51,616 bases of DNA from Octopus sinensis. Its lineage: Eukaryota. The stretch lies in assembly GCF_006345805.1 (NCBI RefSeq), contig NW_021835814.1, positions 1 through 51,616 of the forward strand, given 5' to 3'. Numbering within the stretch: the stretch's first letter is position 1; each line of letters begins with the position of its first letter. The notes beneath the pieces were generated by a model. That model was not told the origin of the DNA and searched no databases. It worked only from the letters and a program-made list of their open reading frames with translations. Both the position numbers and the translations under genes were made by a program. Shown here piece by piece: positions 1 through 11,400 of this stretch.

Positions 1-348
1 TTGTGTAGAGCAAGTAATTTAGCTGGAGCTAACAGTGTCGTTAATCAGCGTAATTAATTAAATAACGCTAAGTGTTGTATATCTTATGTAGATCACATGA
101 TGCAGGATCTCCAGAGGCAGGAATTTCACGAAGTGATTTTGGTTTTTAATTTTAGATATAAGAATGAATGAATTAAGATTAAAAAATAACAATAAAAAAA
201 AACTGGGAATGTATTTTGCTGCTTGCTTTGTAAATAAAAACACGCACGCGTAAACATATACGCATGCTTAAATGCAAACACGAATACACAGACACGTAAC
301 CAGATATATACATGACGATATATATATAAATATATATATATCTCTATA

Positions 349-662
349 CAATATGTTACATTACTCGGTAGTCAAGATAAAACTCTGAGTTTCAGATGCC
401 GAAGTGGAAATCCACAACACCCATCTCTTCGTTTATCTGGCTATTTGAAAACGTTATGAAAAAATACCGTTAAAAATGAAGGGAAATTACTCTGTTATAA
501 CTCTGCTTGCCTGCGTACTTATACATCGCTCGCATTTTTCGTCATAAAAATTATATAAAAAACATAAAATATATAAAAATATATAAAATCTTCTTGGGAC
601 ATAACACAGAAAGCATCTGAAACTCAGAGTTTTATCTTGACTACCGAGTAATGTAACATTTG
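349..662. mobile_element. MITE-like foldback element with ~55-bp terminal inverted repeats, flanked by TA
   Basis: 343-399 (tctatacaatatgttacattactcggtagtcaagataaaactctgagtttcagatgc) is the near-perfect reverse complement of 613-668. TA lies at 347-348 and 663-664. No coding capacity. Confidence 0.85.
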
Positions 663-879
663 TATAGATAAATTTCCTCTATTTACATAATATTGAGGTC
701 TCTTTCTTTCTTTTGTTATCTTACCGTTTTATCAATAATATATATAAATATACTTTCTATATATATATAATATATATATATATTTATATAGATATATATA
801 TATATTATAGTAATATATATATAATATATATATATATAATATATATATATACTATAATATATATATATCATACATCATC

Positions 880-1050
880 ATCAGCAGCAGCAGCAGCATC
901 GTCGTCGTCGTTTAATGTCTGCTTTCCATGCTAGCATGGGTTAGACGATTTGACTGAGGGCTGGCGAACCAGATGGCTGCACCAGGTTGCAATCTTGATC
1001 CGGCAGAGTTCCTACAACTGGATGCCCTTCCTAACGCCAACCCCTCCGAG
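880..1050 (-). mobile_element. 3' tail fragment of a retroposon (RTE-type tail ending in short triplet repeats)
   Basis: Minus strand reads ggttggcgttaggaagggcatccag...catgctagcatggaaagcagacattaaa followed by (GAC/GAT/GCT)n. The family assignment is from recall. Confidence 0.5.
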
Positions 1051-1211
1051 AGGGTATATATATATGAATTATTAAATTAAAATCTCTGAACGAGAAAAAT
1101 TCAGTAACAGCACTCAGTAAAGATCATTTGCCAACATAATGTGGCAGTCCTAGTTATTTTAGCACCATGATGATGCTTCCTAGGGCTAAATAACAGAGTC
1201 ACTTTTGGGCC

Positions 1212-1554
1212 TACGCACAAGCACACATACATGAGAGCGAGGGCTCATCTTCGGTTCTGAAGGCCCATCTAAAATGTTCCCGTTGTCCGAGGCACAAGTC
1301 CGGGTAAGGTTGTTTGTGGAAGCCCAGCAGTCGCCTATGCATACCAGGTTCCACTCTCCGCGCCACCGGTGTTATCCAAGGGAAACGCAAAGGGGCCGAT
1401 ACACGTTGGCACCAGTGACATCGCAACGCATCTCTAAAATTGAGTGAACTGGAGCAACGTGAAATAAAGTGTCTTTTTCTCAAGGACTGAACACACTGCT
1501 AGGTCCATGAATCGGACTTACTACCTCCTGATTGTGAGCCGGTCGCTCTAACCA
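1212..1554 (-). mobile_element. tRNA-derived SINE, head B with a third tail type (tail Z)
   Basis: Minus strand has tggttagagcg (A-box-like) and ccttgagaaaaagacactttatttcacgttgctccagttcactc, shared with 42715-42984 and 24830-25077, but the 3' half differs. Confidence 0.75.
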
Positions 1555-1560
1555 TCATCT

Positions 1561-1620
1561 TCATACACAAACACACACAAGCACACATATATTACAGGCA
1601 CACACACACACACGCACACA

Positions 1621-1684
<64 letters not shown>
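1561..1684. repeat. (CA)n/(TA)n compound microsatellite
   Basis: Directly visible. Confidence 0.95.
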
Positions 1685-1843
1685 TACGTCGGCCTTCTTT
1701 CGGTTTCTCCCTACCAAAACTACCCACAGGCATTGGTCAGTCTGAGGTGGTAATAGAATACATTTGCCGAAGTTCCTCGCCGTGGAACTGAACCTGGAAC
1801 CCTCTGATTAGGAAACAACCTTATTACCACCCAATCACGCATG
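1685..1843 (-). mobile_element. Decayed CORE-like tRNA SINE
   Basis: Reverse complement of the gtggtaagaagc...ggttcagtcccactgcg...ttgggcaagtgtcttctactatag family seen at 4103, 15362 and 19262. Confidence 0.7.
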
Positions 1844-2129
1844 TATATTTTCTATCTTTATATATATATAATATATATATTATTTTCTATGTATCACGGG
1901 GAAAAACAAGGAGTTCCGATCCGGCCAGATATATTACGATCACTCTGATAAAATGCAAACTTGGCTAATCCAGACGTCGGCGATAGGAATCATATAGAAT
2001 CACATTGAACAAAATAAAATCACATTCCTTCAGATGGGAAATCCTGAGTTTACTTCAATGGATTCCACGTTGGAAACAGTGTATAATATCAAGATATAGC
2101 AGTGAGAAATGCATGGTTATTTTTGGTTT

Positions 2130-2502
2130 CAAACTTTAGCACAACGCCAGCACGTATCTAGTAGGTGTTAAGTCGATTACATCGACCCCAGTGCACAACT
2201 GGTACTTATTTTATTGACACCGAAAGGATGAAAGGTATAGTCGACCTTGGGAAATTTTGAATTAAGAACTTAAGAACACACGAAATATTTATTTCTTTAC
2301 TACTCACAAGGGGCTACACACAGAGAGGAAAGCAAGGACAGACAAACGGATTAAGTCGATTACATCGACCCCAGTGCATAACTGGTACTTATTTAATCGA
2401 TCCGGAAAGGATGAAAGTCAAAGCCGACCTTGGGGGATTTTGAATTAAGAAATTAAGAACACATGAAATACCGCTAAGGATTTTGGCCGGCGTCCCTGCT
2501 AA
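2130..2502 (-). mobile_element. Two nested/tandem family-A tRNA SINEs (gtcgactttgcctttcatcctttcggggtcgat central domain)
   Basis: The block ttaagtcgattacatcgaccccagtgc..actggtactt..gaaaggatgaaag occurs twice, starting at ~2167 and ~2351. The junction is at ~2288. Confidence 0.9.
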
Positions 2503-2572
2503 CAGACTTAGAGATATACTTTATTAAAGTTCATTTAATAAGAGACATTATCTTCATATTTTATATAACATC

Positions 2573-2573
<1 letters not shown>

Positions 2574-2630
<57 letters not shown>

Positions 2631-2646
2631 TTAGAGATATATATAT
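2574..2646. repeat. (TA)n microsatellite
   Basis: Directly visible. Confidence 0.95.
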
Positions 2647-2877
2647 AAGACATACACACACACGCACATATATGTCTATAGGCAAATAAGAAAATGGAGA
2701 AGCACATTAGTTGGTTCATCAACTTTAGGACATTAAAATGTTGACTTATTTAGTTATCAAAACGACAACCATAAAAGCATACATACATATAGTATGTTAT
2801 CCATGCATATAAGATAAAAATATAAGCAGTTATTAAAAAACATGAATATAAATTATTAAAATCACACACATATATAT

Positions 2878-2946
2878 CTACGTGCAGTTGGACTGAACCT
2901 GGAACCATGTGGTTGGTACACAAGCTATTTACCACACAGCCACGCC
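2878..2946 (-). mobile_element. CORE-like SINE tRNA head fragment
   Basis: ggactgaacctggaaccatgtggttgg...taccacacagcc is the reverse complement of the family head. Confidence 0.7.
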
Positions 2947-3480
2947 TATATATATATTCACGCACACACATATAAAAATTCCTACGTGGTTCGTTTAAAA
3001 AATCGGTGTGATTTGCAAAGAAATACTCAAACATATTTGAAATGATCTCTCATCGTATTTTCCGAAATAACGATATTAAACCTAATTTTTAAGAGTATTT
3101 TCACGATTTTATAAAATTGTCATAAACCTATCTCGAGAATTCATAACGAAAACAGCGATAATTTCTGCTCATGTTGTAGGATGTTAGAAATACAGAAGAT
3201 ACACGATAAAAAACATCTCAGAAAAATATGCGTAAGTGTTCATTTTTTTTTAATATTGAACTTTTTTTAATCGATAAAATTGTACAAGTTTGTTTTCAAG
3301 TTGTGCAAAAACCTGAAAAAGAAATTCAAAAAATCTCTCAAGTGCAATTTATCGGAAATAAAATTTAGTTCATATTGCACATGTTGTGATGCATATATTT
3401 CTCAACCATTGTTTTGATCTTGTCACACACACAATGTATATATATCAAAATATATATATATATATGTGTGTAGTAATATA

Positions 3481-3545
<65 letters not shown>

Positions 3546-3593
3546 CTATATAGTAATAGATATATATATATATATTTATATATCTATATAGTA

Positions 3594-3633
<40 letters not shown>

Positions 3634-3929
3634 ATATTATATACATGCAATACATATACATATATATATATATAATATATATACTTATATATATATATAT
3701 ATATACATACACATTTACACACACGTTATATTCTATAAAATGCATACATATATATGTGTGTATGTATGTATGTATATAGATATGTGTGTGTGTGTGTATA
3801 TGTATATAATTTAGAATGTTATATTACAAGAAATATATATTTGCATACGTGTGTGTATGATTATAAACATTTATTTGCGTATATATGTGTGTGTGTGTGC
3901 AGATATCTGTGTCTGTACGTGTTGAGGCA

Positions 3930-4085
3930 GAATTAGCGACAAAAATAACAATTAAAAACCGTCAAAGCAAACTGTATCTTATTTAGTTGACGCTCAACAA
4001 TTCTGAGCGCTGAAGAAGTGTTTCGTGTTTCGAATTTAAGCTCATCTTTAGAATGATGAAAAGGAAGCAAAAGACGAAAAAGCGA
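3930..4085 (-). mobile_element. Strongly decayed Penelope-like terminal repeat
   Basis: Minus strand ctaaagatgagcttaaattcgaaac...gagcgtcaactaaataagatacagtttg resembles 15070-15242. Confidence 0.4.
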
Positions 4086-4102
4086 TAACATAATTCAGAT
4101 CT

Positions 4103-4267
4103 GTAGCTGTGTGGTAAGAAGCATAATTTCTAGCGACATGATTTCGGGTTCAGTCCTAATGCGAGGTACCTTGAACAAGCATTTTTGTTTTCGCTATAAC
4201 CCCAAGCCGACTAAATCCTTGCGAGTGGATTTGGTAGAGAAAGGCTGAAAGAACCCCGTCGTATATA
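4103..4267 (+). mobile_element. CORE-like tRNA SINE
   Basis: gtgtggtaagaagc...gggttcagtcc...accttgaacaag...gagtggatttggtaga...gaaagaaccccgtcgtatata. Confidence 0.75.
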
Positions 4268-5299
4268 CGGGGCGTGATGCGTAAATTTCTGCCATTTTAT
4301 GGTCTTAATTTCAAGCATGCGCATGGTGTGTTTATGATTTTGTTGACTACCTAGTATAGTAGGGTCAGTTGGGCAGCGTCCGTGAGAAATACAGCACCAT
4401 GGCGCAATTCTCTCTGCCAGAAATTTGGAAATAACATGCCGTACTGCTTCGCATTTGCAGTGGAAGCTCCGATACAAACACTTCAGAGTGTTTGGGTGTC
4501 AATCTAAGGAAAGTACAATGTGAGGACATGTATCGAGAGTGTTGAAAATCGTACAGTAAGTTAAATTTTAAATGATGATAATTTGATTAAAAATAAAACG
4601 CTGAAAACAAATACAGTTAAATTTAACCACCCGAGAGCGGGTTTCGAGTAGCCATTTCTACTTCATTTTATATAAGTTCACCTTTCTTCCGTTTCATGTT
4701 TTTGTCCCCACTTCTATTGTTCTGTCTCTCCTTGTGCCGCCCACTCTGTATTTCGGACCTTTGTGCCTAATAAAGAATCGGGGATAGTTGACGGAGTTAG
4801 TTGGATGTGTGTTGGTTTAACAGTCAGGAGTTGAACAGTGAATGCTGAGTATCTTAGCCTACGTTCAAGCAGTACTCTATGATCGAAATTGTATTTACCG
4901 TGGTCTAGATCTTATTACACTACACGTGGGTAGAAAAGAAACATGTGAATTCTTCTTGGCAGAATATTTTTACGAGTGTGGATGGATATTGGTCATGAGA
5001 TGTCGCCGATCGCAGGCATAATTTTTGATACTGGTCAATATATGCTAAGGAATACTGTCGCTGATGAAAGCAGTAAATGAAATATCTTTACTTTCAACTT
5101 TAGACACGAACTTGTTGAGTCATTATTTTACTTTTGCTCTCTTATATTCTGGTGAGTTATTTTTGGAGATATTAAGGTGGTAATAGGGGCTTTAGTGTCT
5201 ATCTCTTGCAATGCGTGGTGAGGCGTAAAGCCGATCCTTTGTAATAATTATATATATATATTTATGTTTGTGTCTGTGTTTGTTGGTGTGTTTAGTCTC

Positions 5300-5412
5300 C
5301 GTAACATAGCGGTTCGGCAAAAAAGATCAATAGAATAAGTACTAGACTTACAAAGAATAAGTCCTGGGGTCGATTTGGCCACAGTCAAATGACTGAAACA
5401 AGTAAAAGAATA
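5300..5412 (+). mobile_element. SINE 3' tail fragment (family C tail)
   Basis: gttcggcaaaa...tagaataagtactagacttacaaagaataagtcctggggtcgattt...cagtcaaatgactgaaacaagtaaaaga. A related tail occurs reversed at 46262-46450. Confidence 0.6.
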
Positions 5413-5492
5413 AACAAGTATAGAATTTTGTGTGAGAGTTGGTACACTGTACTTACAGACGGTCTGACTCTGGCATGACCGGTAAGAATACC

Positions 5493-5723
5493 TATTTCTT
5501 TACTACCCACAAGGGGCTAAACACAGAGGGGACAAACAAGGACAGACAAACGTATTAAGTCGATGACATCGACCCCAGTGCGTAACTTGTACTTATTTAA
5601 TCGACCCCGACAGGATGAAAGGCAAAGTCGACCTCGGCAGAATTTAAACTCAGAGCGTAACGGCAGACGAAATACCGCTAAGCATTTCGCCCGGCATGCT
5701 AACGTTTCTGCCAGCTCGCCGCC
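5493..5723 (-). mobile_element. Full-length family-A tRNA SINE with 11-bp TSD
   Basis: Minus strand starts ggcggcgagctggcagaaacgttagc (A-box-like) and contains gagtttaaattc (B-box-like). TSD gtaagaatacc at 5482-5492 and 5724-5734. Confidence 0.93.
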
Positions 5724-6335
5724 GTAAGAATACCGTCATCAGTTTACGGCAGGGTAAGTTCCGTCATGAATACACCTCATATTTTTGTCTTCAATAAAAT
5801 AGTTATTTATTTTTATTCTATTAATGGTGAAATGTTATCTATTAATGTGGAAATTCTAAGGAAATATTTTCTTGGTAGACTTTCCTCACGGTGAACATTC
5901 TTCACGGTGCATTAGTGGCGGCGAACTCTCCTGCGAGGAATTTATGGTGGTGCGCTTTCCTGTAATCGACTGAAAAAGGGCAATGAGGAAGTGGCATAAC
6001 ACACACAACAACTACTGGCTCACACGCAAAAAGCTTCCCACATTGCACACCCGACCCCCAATCCAAAAAAAAAAAAAAAAAATCACGGGGTCAATTGCGC
6101 CTCGTCAAAGATAACATGTTATTTGATCTACGCAATATACAGATCGCGAAACGTTATTTAATTAATTTCACTGATTAATTGCATTGTATGTGTATGTGTG
6201 TGTGTGTGTGTGTGTGGAGGTATGCTGCTATAAATATTTGTTATGATTATGTATATCTAATATGTACATCAATGTGTGTATGTGTGTTCAGCATGTTTTT
6301 ATGTCTCACTCACTAGAGCTAAGCGTATTAGAGAG

Positions 6336-6404
<69 letters not shown>

Positions 6405-6640
6405 TTATCTATCTATTTATGTATATATATATATATATATATACGTATATATATATATTACTCTTTATATATATATATATTTGATCGATGTATAGATAGT
6501 TAGATGTGTATATACATATAAATACATACATATATATAGATATAGATATATGTATGCGTACTCTTGCACACAATCACACACACACATATACATGCCTAAT
6601 ATATGTATATACATATATGCATATGTGCATGTATATATGC

Positions 6641-6690
<50 letters not shown>

Positions 6691-6770
6691 TATAGATATA
6701 TATATATGTATGTATGTATGTATATATATATGTATGTATGTATATATATATATATATATATGCACATATG
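6336..6770. repeat. (TATC)n followed by (TA)n/(TATG)n compound microsatellite
   Basis: Directly visible. Confidence 0.95.
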
Positions 6771-7258
6771 CATCTATAAATAAAGTCACAGACACACATA
6801 TACGTACACTGAAACACACACAAACACAGTTTACGTCGCACACATTACACACACACACACACACACTTAGATATCCAATCAGAAGATGGACAATAATTAA
6901 TTAAGAACACAACGGAAAATATAGCAACCACACCGCGTTTCTAAAATCTGTACAAGCAATCCCATTCACATACACGCACGCATACATAGGCAGCTCTTAC
7001 ATCGTATATATATACCCGTGTGAATAATTTTGTATGCAGAGCAGCCATATGTAAAGATGTACGAAACGCTGAAAAGATAAATCTGGATAATTTCTCAACC
7101 TCTCCTTTTCTGTAATTTTACGAGATATTTTTTTTTTAATTTTCATTTAGCTTCTACTGTATTATATTCTAGAATGCATTATGCATTGTATAACACACTG
7201 CAGGTACGTGTATTTATATATGCATGTATAAATATACATGCATAAAGACGCGCACACA

Positions 7259-7292
7259 CTATATATGTATTATATATATATTATATATATAT

Positions 7293-7344
<52 letters not shown>

Positions 7345-7560
7345 TATATAGTATAATATACATATATAATGTATATATATATATGTATATAGTATATATG
7401 TATATATATATATGTATATATATATATGTATATATTATATATATATATATATATAATTTATATAATATATATATATATATATAATATATATATGTAATAT
7501 ATATGTATATATATATATATGTATATATATGTATATATATATAGATATTTATATATATAT

Positions 7561-7605
<45 letters not shown>

Positions 7606-7759
7606 CATACATATATATATACATACATATACATATATATATACATACATACATATATATATATATATACATACATATACATACATACATATATATATAT
7701 ATATACATACATATACATATAATATATATATACATACATATATATATATATATACATAC

Positions 7760-7798
<39 letters not shown>

Positions 7799-7887
7799 CA
7801 TATATATTCCATATATATATATATATATATATAATATATATATATATATATACATACATATATATATATATATATATAATATATAAC

Positions 7888-7942
<55 letters not shown>

Positions 7943-7953
7943 ATTATATATAC

Positions 7954-7995
<42 letters not shown>
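7259..7995. repeat. ~740-bp (TA)n/(TACA)n compound microsatellite
   Basis: Directly visible. It is the source of the YI-repeat ORFs in the track. Confidence 0.95.
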
Positions 7996-7997
<2 letters not shown>

Positions 7998-8287
7998 TTG
8001 TATTTGCGTTAAATTGATTTTCGTATCCAATCTGTAGTAGAGATATGAATTAGATTATATTTATTTATATATGTTTTTTTATTTATTTATGTAGTTTTCT
8101 TCAGATTTTCTGCTTCGGTGTTTTTATCGATAACGTGGATAATTATACATGCTTAATTCGCCGGTTTTTATTTGGTTTTTATTTTTTTTAAATCCATTTT
8201 ATAATGTTGTTGAAATACGTTAATTTTGCAAATGATCTTCTGATGATATACTTACCAAAAAAAGAAAAAGAAAAAAACGTGGAAAAG

Positions 8288-8306
8288 AATGATGATGATG
8301 ATGATG

Positions 8307-8358
<52 letters not shown>

Positions 8359-8415
8359 TAGTAATTATAATAACAACAGCAACAACATCATTAATAATAA
8401 TTATAATAATAATAC
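8288..8415. repeat. (GAT)n-(AAT)n microsatellite
   Basis: Directly visible. Confidence 0.95.
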
Positions 8416-8859
8416 AACACTTATTAGAGACGCTTACACGGACTTAAGTAAATTTGTTACTAATACACAAATCTGTAATTGTAATGGATGGAGTAAAACA
8501 GAGAATGTGGGAGAGAGAGAGAGAATGTGGGAGGTGGGTAGAAGAGAGAACGGGGTGAAGGACAGGAGAGAGGAACAGAGACATTTGAAGAGAGATCGAT
8601 ACGGAAAGTAAATCGCAAAATAGGAAAAACATGTAACAAAATTCTGATTGCCTTTAACCTGAACGATTTTGAAACCTCCTAAATATTTCAGGTCGTATTC
8701 GTTGCACCTTGAGGTTGTTCAGAAGCAATTAGCGAACATCATCTCCGTCATGTCTGTCATTATATTTTCTATTATTCATCATAACCCTGTCAATAGGAAA
8801 TCGTTTCATTTCTCTATCATGTGTATTTTGGTTGGGCCCAAATTCGTCATTTAAGCTTA

Positions 8860-9838
8860 TTTTTTTCGCCTCTGAAGTTTGTGTTCAAGGGAGACACTGC
8901 GAAAGCTCTCCAAGGAGGAAACAACATGATGGTATGGCACCAGGCGGCGCACTCAGCTGTTTGAGTGGACCACAAATGTTAAGGGACTGCTTTAGGCAGT
9001 CCTTTTAGCATTTCTTATTGCAATGGCCAGTGGTGAGCTCCTATTCTATGATAATCTTAGCTATTCGAGTGTCATTCATCCTGTCCACGCACCCTGCCCA
9101 ACGCAGTCACAACCCAAGTAAAATGGCTTCCAAGGCTGGTGTGGTTTGCTCGCTCGAGGACCTTCATGTTGGTGATGTAGTCGCTCTAGCAAAGTTTTGA
9201 GGATGGTACGGAGACAACATTGGTGAAACATTCAATGATTGCAGTAGGGAATTCGGGACTCAGAGCCATATTGGAATGTCGTTAGACCGATGGCCCCGTA
9301 GACGCTGACTTTTGCACTAATCTTAAGATGCTTGTGGTATCACACACGCTCGTACAATATGCCAAATGCTTTGTTTGGCTTCGTAAGTCTGTTGCCAATT
9401 TCTTTGTTGATATTCACATCGGATCATATAGGTCATTCAAGATAGGTGAACCGCTATATGCTGTTCAACTCGGTTTGTGTTGAAGAGGGCCTGACAGTAT
9501 TCAGTCCAGGGTTGCTATGTCTAAGCACCTAACTATCTGAGCTGCGCAAGGGACTTCGTATTTGATGTGGTGGGCCATAAACTGCCTTGAGAGCTTCATA
9601 GAACGCCTGTAGTCGCCGGAATAAGAGCACAGCTGGGTTCTCTGTGGGAGGTTGGTCCACCACTCATTCTGATCTTCAAGGAATTTGCGCTGCAGAAAGC
9701 TGTATGCTTGGCGAAAGGCTGCTTTCTTCTCTGGGCAGGACGGTTGTGCTAAGTGTGTTTGGTGGGTAGACATCTTCTTTAATAATTTCCCGATCAGTAC
9801 ATTGTTTTCGCCAAACCAATCCTTGTTGAAAAATATTC
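8860..9838 (-). mobile_element. Decayed RTE/BovB-like LINE ORF2 remnant with internal deletion of the RT core
   Basis: Minus-strand translation across frameshifts gives NKDWFGENN..THQTHLAQPSCPEKKAAFRQAYSFLQRK..QNEWWTNL and WTEYCQALFNTNR (EN-RT linker). It then gives FTYL..EIGNRL..AFGILYERV, YGSES, FHQCCLRTIL, LRWAG..RMNDTRIAK and KDCLKQSL (post-RT region of RTE-clade ORF2). Confidence 0.88.
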
Positions 9839-10254
9839 ACACACACACGCACACACACGCACACACACACACACAAACACACACACAAACACACACAATC
9901 ACACACACACATATTGGTATGCGTATTAGTTTAGCAATGGCTACTCCTATTTTCACAGAGGTGTGTTCATAGGTTCCATCAGAATACAAAGTGATATGTT
10001 TATCACTAGTATTCCATAAAATACATCAAAGTATAAATATATATACCTATATACATACACACACAGAAGCATACACACACACAAACACACAAACACACAC
10101 ACATACATGCCATTATTCATTTTCATATATATTTGTTTATAGTTTTCTTTGTATTATATTTACAGATGGCTTTGAATCCCTGGCAATATTTCTTTGTGAA
10201 ACTGACTCATGGTTTTATTTTCCCTCCATATCTAGACCAACATAGGCTTCAATC

Positions 10255-10295
<41 letters not shown>

Positions 10296-10371
10296 TTATA
10301 CGCGTAGATACTTACATGCTTGTATCTAGGTATGACTTGTGTGTCTGTCTACCTGTCTGCCTTTCTTCAGT

Positions 10372-10485
10372 TTCTATGTATGTATGTATGCATGTATGTA
10401 TGTATGCATGTATGTATGTATGTATTATGTATGTGTGTATGTATGTATGTATGTATGTATGTATGTATGTATGTATGTATGTATG
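10372..10485. repeat. (TATG)n microsatellite
   Basis: Directly visible. Confidence 0.95.
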
Positions 10486-11284
10486 AACGAATGGATGCTT
10501 GTAAGGAAGTGTATGTGTGTAGACACGACACAACCAGGAACGAAGCCACTCGTAAACACGTGAGGTCAGCAATCAAACTTCAAACACAAATGCTCGTTGT
10601 AAACAGCCTTCGAGATTTGTCAAAATATTTATTCATTTTCAGGTGTGAATATCTCACACGATCTCCACGCATTCATATCTGTTGTTGATTATCCTTGTCT
10701 GTGATATCACGATATCTCGATGTATACCTACGTCGCCAAATGATCACTATTAAAAAGAAAATCACAAAGAAACCATTTTCTGCGCAGATTTGAAGCGCAT
10801 AGAAGGAAGAATGATAATTACACGTAAAATAGTCTCTAATATGAGATAAATAGGACTCGGTTATGATGTGTTAGTAAAAGTTTTCTCTTGAGTTTTCTTC
10901 AGTCCTCCTTCATTTTTCGTAAATTTGTAGCTGACGGATTTTGAAATTCTGGAAATAGAAGGGAAGACTCCGAAATCTTCAATAAATAATCACCTAACGC
11001 CATCCCCTAACAGATGCATTAAATATGTTAAATCATATAACATATCAGACACCGAATTGATAAACATATTGAGAAGGGCGTTAAACATTTATCGTAACGG
11101 AAGCAGGAATAACACGCGTCATCACCAGATAACACTGCCCGCAACCGTTTTTGTGAAACCCACCTAAAATCACGGCAAAGATGCGTTTTGTTAGAATCAT
11201 CTTAAAATTGTCAAGACATTTTGTACAAAGATTTAATACAACAAACACATCGATATTTTATGAGAAAGAAACCCACGGAAGAAA

Positions 11285-11400
11285 CATAGAGTTGTGCGTT
11301 TTCTCTCAATAAACACACACAACGCCCAGTCTGGGAATCGAAACCGCGATCCTCCGACCGCGAGTCAGCTGCACTAACCCCTGGGCCATTGCGCCTTCGC
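11285..11400 (-). mobile_element. tRNA SINE head A fragment
   Basis: Reverse complement gaaggcgcaatggcccaggggttag..cgcggtcggaggatcgcggtttcgattcccagactgggcgttgtg matches the 5' end of 33882-34267. Confidence 0.85.

Noticed and set aside
5055-5090. CTGATGA...GAAA canonical hammerhead core words
   Set aside because: The intervening aagcagtaaat cannot form stem II, and there are no convincing stems I or III.
4620-5250. Possible Penelope or LINE coding remnant
   Set aside because: No RT, APE or GIY-YIG motif was recognisable in the frames I translated. Left unassigned.
6262-7959. Long ORFs of YI/CV/HT/YLSI repeats (also at 13015-13462, 14768-15371, 43042-43952, 50500-51050 and elsewhere)
   Set aside because: They are translations of (TA)n, (CA)n, (TACA)n and (TATC)n microsatellites, which lack stops in some frames.
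8204-8611. 135-aa ORF with poly-D/poly-N
   Set aside because: Built from (GAT)n(AAT)n plus GA-rich sequence, with no domain or splice support.
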